From Bacteroidales bacterium (lineage in GTDB: Bacteria > Bacteroidota > Bacteroidia > Bacteroidales > JAGONC01): a DNA stretch of 64,000 bases. The DNA lies in NCBI GenBank assembly GCA_028716265.1, contig JAQUQD010000003.1, positions 6,191-70,190 of the forward strand, given 5' to 3'. Below are positions 30,858 to 38,720 of this stretch, piece by piece; within the stretch, counting starts at the first letter, position 1, and the number at the start of each line of letters is the position of its first letter. The notes under the pieces were generated by a model that did not search any database, had not been told where the DNA came from, and worked only from the letters and a program-made list of their open reading frames with translations. The translations under genes were made by a program, and so were the position numbers.

Positions 30858-31790
30858 TTATTTCCGTGGTAACGGTTTCTTCGAAGTCTTGGAGATGATC
30901 TTCCTCGGTCGTTTTGGTCTTGCCGGCTCTTCACCAAGGGTTTCCTTCATTTTTTGAGGGACAACTTCGAGCGGTTTTCTGGCGATCAGGCCAGGTGCAA
31001 CGACTTCCTCTTCATCAAACTCTTCGAAAGCGGGCTCCAGTGCACCTTTTTCATCAAATTCCTCTTCGTGCTCCTCTTCGATAAGTCTCTTTTCCTTGTC
31101 GATCTTGCGTTCACCCAGTCCTTCCTCAATGGCATCGATCATCACGCCGACGATGAGGTCGATGGCCTTAGAGGCATCATCGTTGGAGGGGATCGGGAAA
31201 TCCACGTCGTTGGGATTGGAATTCGTATCCACGATGGCAAAGGTGGGGATATTCAATTTGCGGGCTTCAGCAACGGCAATCCTCTCCTTACAGATATCAA
31301 CGATAAAAAGCGCAGAAGGAAGACGGTTCAGATCGACGATGCTGCCCAGCTGCTTTTCAAGCTTGGCCTTCTCGCGGCTGATCTGCAGCCGTTCCCTTTT
31401 CGACATGTTCTTAAACGACGGGCTCTTGATCATTTTGTCGAGCGATGTCATTTTACGGACTGCCTTGCGTATGGTGGCAAAGTTGGTCAGCATGCCTCCC
31501 GGCCATCGTTCGGTCACGTACGGCATGTTCACTCTTCTGACGTGCTGTGCCACGATTTCCTTGGCCTGCTTTTTCGTGGCGACAAACAATACCTTCTTTC
31601 CCGATTTGGAAATCTGTTTCAGTGCAGCGGCCGCTTCATCGATCTTGGCCATGGTTTTATACAGGTCGATGATGTGAATGCCATTTCGCTCCATGAAGAT
31701 ATAGGGAGCCATATTGGGATTCCATTTTCTTTTCAGATGCCCGAAATGTACGCCGGCATCCAGCAGATCATTAAAACTGGTTCTTGACAT
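30858..31790 (-). CDS. rpsB: 30S ribosomal protein S2 with an acidic/basic C-terminal extension
   Basis: MSRTSFNDLLDAGVHFGHLKRKWNPNMAPYIF from ATG 31790. The ORF-track start 31826 adds 12 non-family residues. Confidence 0.93.
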   Translation of the reverse strand: MSRTSFNDLLDAGVHFGHLKRKWNPNMAPYIFMERNGIHIIDLYKTMAKIDEAAAALKQISKSGKKVLFVATKKQAKEIVAQHVRRVNMPYVTERWPGGMLTNFATIRKAVRKMTSLDKMIKSPSFKNMSKRERLQISREKAKLEKQLGSIVDLNRLPSALFIVDICKERIAVAEARKLNIPTFAIVDTNSNPNDVDFPIPSNDDASKAIDLIVGVMIDAIEEGLGERKIDKEKRLIEEEHEEEFDEKGALEPAFEEFDEEEVVAPGLIARKPLEVVPQKMKETLGEEPARPKRPRKIISKTSKKPLPRK

Positions 31791-31886
31791 GTTGCTTTGG
31801 ATTAAGTTTACCTTCTGATTCGGCAATTACTGAGTAGCCACAGCACGGTGAGTCTCAGCAATTTAGATACTAAACTTGATTTACGA

Positions 31887-32273
31887 CTATCGTTTGCTGA
31901 ACTGGAATCTTTTCCGTGCACCCGGACGTCCTGGTTTTTTTCTTTCCACCATGCGCGGATCTCTTCGTAACAGGCCTTTCGCTTTGAGCGGAGAACGAAA
32001 ATCGGGATTCAGGTCGCACAAAGCTTTGGTGATTGCCAGCCGGAGAGCTTCCGCCTGCCCGTTGTACCCGCCTCCTGACAGATTGACATTCACATCATAC
32101 TTATCCTGTGTTTCGGTAATCTCAAAAGGTTGGCGCACAATGTACTGAAGATTGGGAGTAGTGAAATAATCCTTGTAATCCCTCTCGTTCACGGTGATCA
32201 CTCCGGTACCTTCCTTGAGATAGATCCGTGCAATCGCTTTCTTTCTTCTGCCCGATGTATTCGTGATGTCCAT
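31887..32273 (-). CDS. rpsI: 30S ribosomal protein S9
   Basis: 128 aa. GRRKKAIARI, GGGYNGQAEALRLAI, and a C-terminus ending KKPGRPGARKRFQFSKR. Confidence 0.93.
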   Translation of the reverse strand: MDITNTSGRRKKAIARIYLKEGTGVITVNERDYKDYFTTPNLQYIVRQPFEITETQDKYDVNVNLSGGGYNGQAEALRLAITKALCDLNPDFRSPLKAKGLLRRDPRMVERKKPGRPGARKRFQFSKR

Positions 32274-32276
32274 AAA

Positions 32277-32732
32277 TTATTTGGCCGTGTTAATATTGAT
32301 GAATGTAGGTTGCTGTGCCTGATGCTGATGTTCGCTGCCGGCATATACATGCAGGTTGCGGAACAGTTGGCTGCCAAGCCGGTTCTTGGGCAGCATGCCT
32401 TTGATGGCCATCTCAACGACCGCAGCCGGCTTTTTCACAAGCAAATCATGCGGGGAACGGAAACGCTGACCACCAGGGTAACCCGTGTATCGAACATACT
32501 GCTTGTCGGTCAACTTCTTTCCGGTCAACTTGATCTTTTCCGCATTGATAATGATCACATAATCACCACAATCGGCATGCGGTGTAAAACAGGGTTTGTT
32601 TTTACCCCTGAGCATGTTGGCTACCTGCGTGGCCAGACGACCCAGTACCTGACCTTCGGCATCCACCAGGAACCACTCCTTGATAACACCCTGCTTGTTA
32701 GCGCTTATTGTTTTATAACTTAAGGTATCCAT
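32277..32732 (-). CDS. rplM: 50S ribosomal protein L13
   Basis: [44 protein letters not shown] from ATG 32732. The ORF-track start 32819 is rejected because a -7 box lies inside that extension. Confidence 0.93.
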   Translation of the reverse strand: MDTLSYKTISANKQGVIKEWFLVDAEGQVLGRLATQVANMLRGKNKPCFTPHADCGDYVIIINAEKIKLTGKKLTDKQYVRYTGYPGGQRFRSPHDLLVKKPAAVVEMAIKGMLPKNRLGSQLFRNLHVYAGSEHQHQAQQPTFININTAK

Positions 32733-32773
32733 GAAAGTTTTTTGTGCTGTTTTGACCTTCTTAAAAAGGGCTG

Positions 32774-32781
32774 CAAAGATA
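32774..32781 (-). promoter_or_regulatory. candidate -7 box (TATCTTTG on minus strand) for rplM-rpsI
   Basis: Plus strand reads caaagata, 42 nt upstream of ATG 32732. Confidence 0.45.
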
Positions 32782-32830
32782 GAACACATTTTTGAATTAA
32801 CAAATTTTGCCTGCGACAATTTTTTAAGGA

Positions 32831-32838
32831 TATTTTTG
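32831..32838 (+). promoter_or_regulatory. candidate -7 box TATTTTTG for the 32859 gene
   Basis: Exact TAnnTTTG, 21 nt before ATG 32859. Confidence 0.4.
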
Positions 32839-32858
32839 TATTTTCGACAGTATTACCC

Positions 32859-33611
32859 ATGCACAACCGGACTCTCACCGCAAAACTGGCTGTAGTCACA
32901 GCGTTTGCTGTTTCGATGGCTTTCCTGGAGGCTGCAGTAGTCATCTACCTAAGGGCACTGTATTACCCCGGAGGCTTTGCCTTTCCGCTGGTTGAAATGG
33001 ATCCGACCCTGGCCCTGACCGAATTCCTGCGGGAGGCGGCGACCATGGTGATGCTGGTCAGCATCGGATTGCTTCTGGAGCGTAAACCGGTGAACGTGTT
33101 TGCCGTTTTCCTGATAGCTTTCGGGATATGGGATATCGGCTATTACGTTTTTCTTAAATGCCTGCTCGGATGGCCTTACTCGCTGCTGACATGGGACATC
33201 TTATTTCTGATCCCAGTGATGTGGGTTGGACCGGTGATCGCTCCTGTTCTGAACTCGGTGACCATGATCGGTCTGGGGTGGCTTATCCTTCACTTTTCCT
33301 GCCGTGGATTGAATCCCGGCCTTTCCAGGACAGAATGGATCCTTCTGATCGGAGGAGCAATGCTGGTTTATTGCTCCTTTACGGAAGAATTCACGCGGTA
33401 CCTCCTGGATCATTTGCCTGCTGGCGGTATTTTCGGAAAAGAAAACCGGAAGCTGGCAAGTCAACTCTCCGTTCAGTTCATTCCCACGCATTTCCACTGG
33501 TGGCTCTTTCTTACCGGTTTTCTTGCACACCTTATTGCTATCGTCCATTACATTCTCCGCATCCGCAACGTCGGGAAGACCAGGCAAAACACCTTACCTG
33601 TTGCAGGGTGA
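32859..33611 (+). CDS. hypothetical polytopic membrane protein
   Basis: 250 aa with about 6 predicted hydrophobic helices. I recognise no family motif. Confidence 0.45.
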   Translation: MHNRTLTAKLAVVTAFAVSMAFLEAAVVIYLRALYYPGGFAFPLVEMDPTLALTEFLREAATMVMLVSIGLLLERKPVNVFAVFLIAFGIWDIGYYVFLKCLLGWPYSLLTWDILFLIPVMWVGPVIAPVLNSVTMIGLGWLILHFSCRGLNPGLSRTEWILLIGGAMLVYCSFTEEFTRYLLDHLPAGGIFGKENRKLASQLSVQFIPTHFHWWLFLTGFLAHLIAIVHYILRIRNVGKTRQNTLPVAG

Positions 33612-33660
33612 TCCCAATGATCTTTTTTGTATTTTCGCACGGTCTAATGATAAGCTGCAT

Positions 33661-34572
33661 ATGCCGGTTGAAGTAAAGCAGGTTTCAAAGAGATACGGCG
33701 ACCAGTATGCCCTTGACCATGTCACTTTCACAGCGGAGCGTGGTGAAGTGGTTGGATTGCTCGGACCCAATGGTGCCGGTAAATCCACCCTGATGAAGAT
33801 CATTGCCTGCTTCATACCTCCTACCGGAGGGGAAGTTATAGTCAATGGCCACAACGTGATGACAGAATCGGTAAAGGTGCGCCGGATCCTTGGCTATCTT
33901 CCCGAAAACAACCCGCTCTACACCGAAATGTATGTAAGGGAGTATCTTACATTTGTGGCAGGCATCTTTCACATGGGAAAACAGACCGGCAGCCGTGTTG
34001 CCAGGATCATCGAAATCACAGGGCTGCAGGAAGAACAGCACAAGAAGATCCGGATGCTGTCCAGGGGTTACAGGCAGCGTGTCGGGCTGGCACAGGCCCT
34101 GATCCATGACCCGGATGTGTTGATCATGGATGAGCCCACATCCGGACTGGATCCCAACCAGATCATCGGCATCAGGGAACTGATCAGGGGGATTGGCAGG
34201 GAAAAAACAGTCATCCTCTCCACACACATCATGCAGGAAGTAGAAGCCATGTGCAGCCGTGCTATCATTCTTGACCATGGCCGGATCGTTGCAGATGATG
34301 ATCCCCTGAAGCTTTCCGCATCCGCACATGGCAAGGTGCTCATCCTGGCCGAGTTCAGTCAGCCGGTGGCTGCTGGGGACCTGCAAAAGATACCGGGCGC
34401 ACTGGAAGTGGTCCACATCTCAGGCAATACCTATCAGATCACGTCCGGGGCAGGGGAAGATATCCGACCTCTGGTTTTCCAGTTTGCCGTACAATCAGGC
34501 ATTACCGTTCTTTCCCTGAGCAGGAAGGAACAAAGTTTGGAAAGTGTATTTCAGGAACTGACTAAAAAATAA
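33661..34572 (+). CDS. ABC transporter ATP-binding protein, GldA-like
   Basis: MPVEVKQVSKRYGDQYALDHVTF, Walker A GPNGAGKST, signature LSRGYRQR, and Walker B LIMDEPTSGLD. At about 303 aa, the size and N-terminus resemble the gliding-motility GldA. The ORF-track start 33523 is rejected. Confidence 0.8.
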   Translation: MPVEVKQVSKRYGDQYALDHVTFTAERGEVVGLLGPNGAGKSTLMKIIACFIPPTGGEVIVNGHNVMTESVKVRRILGYLPENNPLYTEMYVREYLTFVAGIFHMGKQTGSRVARIIEITGLQEEQHKKIRMLSRGYRQRVGLAQALIHDPDVLIMDEPTSGLDPNQIIGIRELIRGIGREKTVILSTHIMQEVEAMCSRAIILDHGRIVADDDPLKLSASAHGKVLILAEFSQPVAAGDLQKIPGALEVVHISGNTYQITSGAGEDIRPLVFQFAVQSGITVLSLSRKEQSLESVFQELTKK

Positions 34573-34677
34573 TTGTTACTTTTGCTGACCCGACGGGAGG
34601 ATCCCTGATAAGGAAATCGCATTCCCTCTCCGGTGGCAGCCCGTTCAACAACGAAAAACTAAAACTCCGATCAACAT

Positions 34678-35988
34678 ATGTCATTTCTATTTACTTCAGA
34701 GTCCGTATCGGAAGGACATCCAGATAAAATAGCCGATCAGATTTCCGACGCCCTGCTGGATGAATTCCTGAAAAGGGATCCCGATTCGAAAGTGGCTTGC
34801 GAAACCCTGGTCACGACCGGTTTGGTTGTATGTGCCGGGGAAGTTCTGACCAGCTGCTGGGTGGACATTCAGAAGGTGGTCAGGGATACGATCAGAAATA
34901 TCGGATATACGAAAGCGGAATATAAATTCGATGCCGATTCGTGCGGGGTTCTCAGTGCCATCCATGAGCAGTCGCAGGACATTACGCGCGGTGTGGTCAG
35001 GAAGGACAAATACGAACAGGGCGCCGGCGACCAGGGGATGATGTTCGGTATGGCCTCGCGGGAGATGGACAACTACATGCCGATGCCCATCGAACTGGCC
35101 CATATCTTCGTTCAGCAACTGGCCAAAATAAGAAAGGAAACTGACCTGATGCCCTATCTCAGGCCCGACTCCAAATCCCAGGTGACCATCGAATACGACG
35201 ACCAGGGCAAGCCCATAAGGATCCATACCATCCTGGTTTCCACGCAGCATGATGACTGGATCAAGCCCGAGGGGCCAGGAGAAGAAGCTCAGCGAGAAGC
35301 GGATGAGAAAATGAACCGGAAGATTCGCGACGACATCCGTAATATACTGATACCAAGAATATTAAAATCCAATGATGTCCCGCAAAGAGTCATTAAATTA
35401 TTCGACGACTCGTACCAGCTGCATGTGAATCCTACCGGGAAGTTCGTCATTGGGGGCCCTCATGGTGATTCAGGCGTTACAGGCCGGAAGATCATCGTGG
35501 ACACATACGGCGGAAAAGGTTACCACGGTGGCGGAGCATTCTCAGGGAAGGATGCATCGAAGGTTGACCGTTCGGCAGCCTATGCCGCGCGACATATCGC
35601 CAAAAACCTTGTGGCCGCTGGTGTGGCCGATGAAGTGCATGTGCAGATCGCCTATGCCATTGGTATAGCCAGACCCCTGAGCGTCAACATCAATACCATG
35701 AATACTGTCAGGATCCGCAAAAGAAACGGAGAGCTCTGGAAAGACCATGAGATCGCCCAAAAAGTGGAAAACATCTTCGATCTGAGGCCCCGCGCCATCA
35801 TCGAACGCTTTGGACTGATGAATCCCATCTTTTTACCCACAGCCACCTACGGACATTTTGGGAGAGATCCTTATAGGAAAAAAGTGGAGTTCTACCACAA
35901 CGATTCCATCGTGAAAAAGGAGGTGGAATTTTTCACCTGGGAAAAACTCGACTACATCGATCGGATAAAGGAGGCTTTTAACGCCTGA
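34678..35988 (+). CDS. metK: S-adenosylmethionine synthetase
   Basis: 436 aa. [31 protein letters not shown], and GGGAFSGKD. Confidence 0.95.
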   Translation: MSFLFTSESVSEGHPDKIADQISDALLDEFLKRDPDSKVACETLVTTGLVVCAGEVLTSCWVDIQKVVRDTIRNIGYTKAEYKFDADSCGVLSAIHEQSQDITRGVVRKDKYEQGAGDQGMMFGMASREMDNYMPMPIELAHIFVQQLAKIRKETDLMPYLRPDSKSQVTIEYDDQGKPIRIHTILVSTQHDDWIKPEGPGEEAQREADEKMNRKIRDDIRNILIPRILKSNDVPQRVIKLFDDSYQLHVNPTGKFVIGGPHGDSGVTGRKIIVDTYGGKGYHGGGAFSGKDASKVDRSAAYAARHIAKNLVAAGVADEVHVQIAYAIGIARPLSVNINTMNTVRIRKRNGELWKDHEIAQKVENIFDLRPRAIIERFGLMNPIFLPTATYGHFGRDPYRKKVEFYHNDSIVKKEVEFFTWEKLDYIDRIKEAFNA

Positions 35989-36715
35989 CGACCAGCTTGC
36001 CCGAAGCTACCGACTTACCCCCGGCGCTTAGCGTATAGAAATACATTCCCTCCTGCAGATCGAAGGTGGGCAGTGTCACTTTCCCCTGGCCTTCCGTGAG
36101 TACAGCTTCTTTGACCACTGATCCCAGCAGGTTGTGCACCTCGAGCTTCGCTGTCTGGATCCCGCCAGGCAACGAATAATCAAAGGAAACCGTATTACCG
36201 GCTGGATTTGGATACGCCTGTGAAAGCCGGACCTGGCCGGGTAGATCGCCGTTCAGCCCAAGATACCCAGAGATAAAGTTCACCACAACGCAAACACTGT
36301 CATTGACATTGCCTTCAATGAAAAGCGTGTACTTGACCTTGGATGTTCCCTGGATCCCATTTGGCATGTAATCCGCATATAACTGATCTTCTACCAGCTG
36401 GCCTGCAGCTAATGTATAGGAACCGGGCGATTCAACGGTTCCGGGAGGGTAGCAGGAACCTCCGAAACAGAAATAATGCGTCGTGTTTTCAATAACACTG
36501 ACTTCATGCATTTTTACTTTTACCGGGACACTGACGCTGCTGATGTTCTTGAATCCCAAATGTATGGTAATGAGTGGCTCAGATGGATTTTCCAGAATGA
36601 CTGCGTCCTGGCCGTTGGCCAAAAGTTGGTCCTGGTAATAGAGTTCTAGGGATTGTGAGTATCCTTTGAAAAGGAACAGGCTGCATACAAGAATCAGAGG
36701 GACTATTTTTTTCAT
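35978..36715 (-). CDS. secreted protein with T9SS C-terminal sorting domain
   Basis: Signal peptide [21 protein letters not shown] from ATG 36715. The C-terminal CTD-like region reads [14 protein letters not shown]...[23 protein letters not shown]. Confidence 0.65.
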   Translation of the reverse strand: MKKIVPLILVCSLFLFKGYSQSLELYYQDQLLANGQDAVILENPSEPLITIHLGFKNISSVSVPVKVKMHEVSVIENTTHYFCFGGSCYPPGTVESPGSYTLAAGQLVEDQLYADYMPNGIQGTSKVKYTLFIEGNVNDSVCVVVNFISGYLGLNGDLPGQVRLSQAYPNPAGNTVSFDYSLPGGIQTAKLEVHNLLGSVVKEAVLTEGQGKVTLPTFDLQEGMYFYTLSAGGKSVASGKLVVRR

Positions 36716-36760
36716 ACGGTAAAGGTTTTCACGAATAAACAATGAATGCAACATCCGCTG

Positions 36761-36768
36761 CAAAATTA
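36761..36768 (-). promoter_or_regulatory. candidate -7 box (TAATTTTG on minus strand) for the 36715 gene
   Basis: Plus strand reads caaaatta, 46 nt upstream of ATG 36715. Confidence 0.35.
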
Positions 36769-36868
36769 CTGTAAAATCAAAGAGAAATAAAGGAATGAAT
36801 GGCTTTATTTAATTATTTTTAACAAAACAGGGTAATGATTCTTTTTCATTAATTTCATTTAAATACCT

Positions 36869-36876
36869 TATCTTTG
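36869..36876 (+). promoter_or_regulatory. candidate -7 box TATCTTTG for the TGA-containing gene
   Basis: Exact TAnnTTTG, 24 nt upstream of ATG 36900. No comparable box precedes the ORF-track start 37038. Confidence 0.5.
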
Positions 36877-36899
36877 TACCGAACCAAATCCTTAATACT

Positions 36900-38564
36900 A
36901 TGATTAAAAAATTACTTCTTTTTGTATGCATGGTGCTTCCCTTCTTTGTTTTCTCCCAGAGAGCAGAGAGAGCCAATGTGCTGATCGAAGTTTGCACAGG
37001 CACGTGGTGAAGCTTTTGTCCCGGATCAGCTGTCGGTGTGGACAGTTTGATTCTCGCAGGTCATAAAGTGGCTGTCATCAACAACCATGGCGGCGACTCT
37101 TATGAAAATGTTTACTCCGCGGCAAGAAATGCCTATTACAACCTGAGCGCCTATCCTACGGCTATGTTTGATGGCGTTGTTGACGATGGTTTTGGTGGGT
37201 ATCCCTGTCCTGAACCATACGGCAATTATGGCATTTACCTGCCTTTTGTGAACGACCGGCTGGCCATCGCCTCCCCGGTGCTCATGTCCACAGAATTTTT
37301 CCCGGTGGGGGTCAATGATTACCAGCTGGTGGCTCATATTACAAAAGTGGGCGATATCACCAATCCTAACCTGTACCTTCGGGCGGCCATCACCGAATCA
37401 CATGTCGCCCAGTCGTGGCAGTGCCTGGAGGAAGTCAGCCAGGTCAACCGGCTGATGATACCCGATGCCACGGGAACCGCTATCAGTTTCGCAAGCGGCA
37501 ACGAGGTGACCGTCACGCTGAATTTCACGGTGGATCCATCCTGGAATAAGGAAAACCTGAACCTGGTATCGTTCGTGCAGAATGATAACGGAAAGGAAGT
37601 ACTGCAGGCGCTTACCACTCCGTTCCCGCTCTTCTCCAGGGATGCTGTGCTGGCCGAGATGGAAGATATCGCCACTTCAAACTGTACGGGCGTTGTGCAA
37701 CCCACGTTCACCCTTTCCAACAACGGCGCTGAAGCCCTCACCAGCCTGTTGATCAACTACCAGATCAACAATGATCCGCTGGTCTCCTTCGAATGGACGG
37801 GTAACCTTCCCTATACCGGGTCAGAAACCATTCAGATGGATCCCATCACGTTTTCACCCGGAAGCAACAATACCTTCCTGGTTTATGGATCCGATCCCAA
37901 TGGCAACACCGACCAGAATTACCTTAACGACACCCTCTTCGCCAGTTTCCCTGCAGGCTGGGTATGCACCACATATAAAGTGGCGCTCACCCTCCAGACC
38001 GATGACAATCCGGGAGAAACGACCTACGGAGTGTACAACTCCCTCGGTGAGATGATCTACTCCGGAGGTCCGTTCGAAGCAGCCAACAGCATGGTAAGGG
38101 ATACGTTTGAACTGATGAACACCGACTGCTACAAGTTTGTCATGTTCGATGCAGGCTGCGACGGGCTGACAGGAGGCGGGTACTACTCGCTCAAGGAAGC
38201 CAAGTCAGGCGGGCACATGATCTATTTCCATGCAGTGGCGGATGCGTTCACCTGCAAGAAAATGACGGAATTCCAGATCGAATGGGTGGGGATGAATGAC
38301 CACCTGGCCTCCGAACCGGTGACCATCTATCCGAATCCGTTCAGCAAGTACACTGAACTGCGCCTGAACCTGCAAAAGACTGATAATGTGTCAGTTGTGG
38401 TATTCAATATCATTGGAAAACAGGTCTTTTCGCTTGACATGGGACAGCTTGCTGCCGGAGAACATCTCCTGCCACTAACCAGTGAACAGGTTTCCCGGGG
38501 TCTCAACTTCGTGAAGATCAGCATCGGTAACAAGGTGTATACGGAGAAACTGGTGCTGGAGTAA
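36900..38564 (+). CDS. T9SS-sorted thioredoxin-like (CxxC family) protein with in-frame TGA at codon 37: candidate UxxC selenoprotein (alternative: very recent pseudogene)
   Basis: ATG 36900 gives a signal peptide and MIKKLLLFVCMVLPFFVFSQRAERANVLIEVCTGTW-TGA(37008-37010)-SFCPGSAVGVDSLILAGHKV... in the same frame as ORF 37038-38564. The TGA aligns with Cys37 of TGTWCQFCPG in paralog 38721-40385. A hairpin follows the TGA. The gene has its own -7 box and terminator. C-terminal T9SS CTD (IYPNPFSKYTELRL...KVYTEKLVLE). Confidence 0.6.
37023..37053 (+). promoter_or_regulatory. SECIS-like stem-loop 12 nt downstream of the in-frame UGA
   Basis: GGAUCAGCUGUC-GGUGUG-GACAGU(U)UGAUUC: 12 bp including 2 G-U pairs, one bulged U (37048), and apical hexaloop GGUGUG (37035-37040) that starts 24 nt after the UGA. 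Confidence 0.5.
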
Positions 38565-38585
38565 ATAAATCAAGTCATTAAAGAA

Positions 38586-38622
38586 AAAGAGAGGTTGCAC
38601 ACGAGTGCAACCTCTCTTTTTT
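38586..38622 (+). terminator. strong rho-independent terminator after the TGA-containing gene
   Basis: aaagagaggttgcac-acga-gtgcaacctctcttt is a perfect 15-bp stem with a 4-nt loop, followed by a T-run. Confidence 0.85.
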
Positions 38623-38676
38623 GTTATTCATAGTGATTAAGTTGTTATGACCACTAATACAATATCTAAAATGAGC

Positions 38677-38684
38677 TACTTTTG
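38677..38684 (+). promoter_or_regulatory. candidate -7 box TACTTTTG for the Cys paralog
   Basis: Exact TAnnTTTG, 37 nt upstream of ATG 38721. Confidence 0.45.
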
Positions 38685-38720
38685 CCCATTCATAATCTGA
38701 TTTCACAAAATAAAATTCTT

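Noticed and set aside
34573-34677. Possible SAM riboswitch in the 105-nt metK leader
   Set aside because: A weak outer helix (GACGGG/CCCGTT) and a small GGAA/TTCC hairpin can be drawn. I could not find the conserved cores of the SAM-I or SAM-II classes as I remember them. It would need a covariance-model scan (Rfam SAM classes) before being claimed.
37038-38564. ORF-track version of the T9SS thioredoxin-like gene, starting at ATG 37038
   Set aside because: This start removes the signal peptide and the CxxC-equivalent motif that the paralog has. The same frame is open upstream to ATG 36900 apart from the single TGA at 37008-37010, and the -7 promoter box precedes 36900. I treat it as one gene, either Sec-recoded or a very recent pseudogene.
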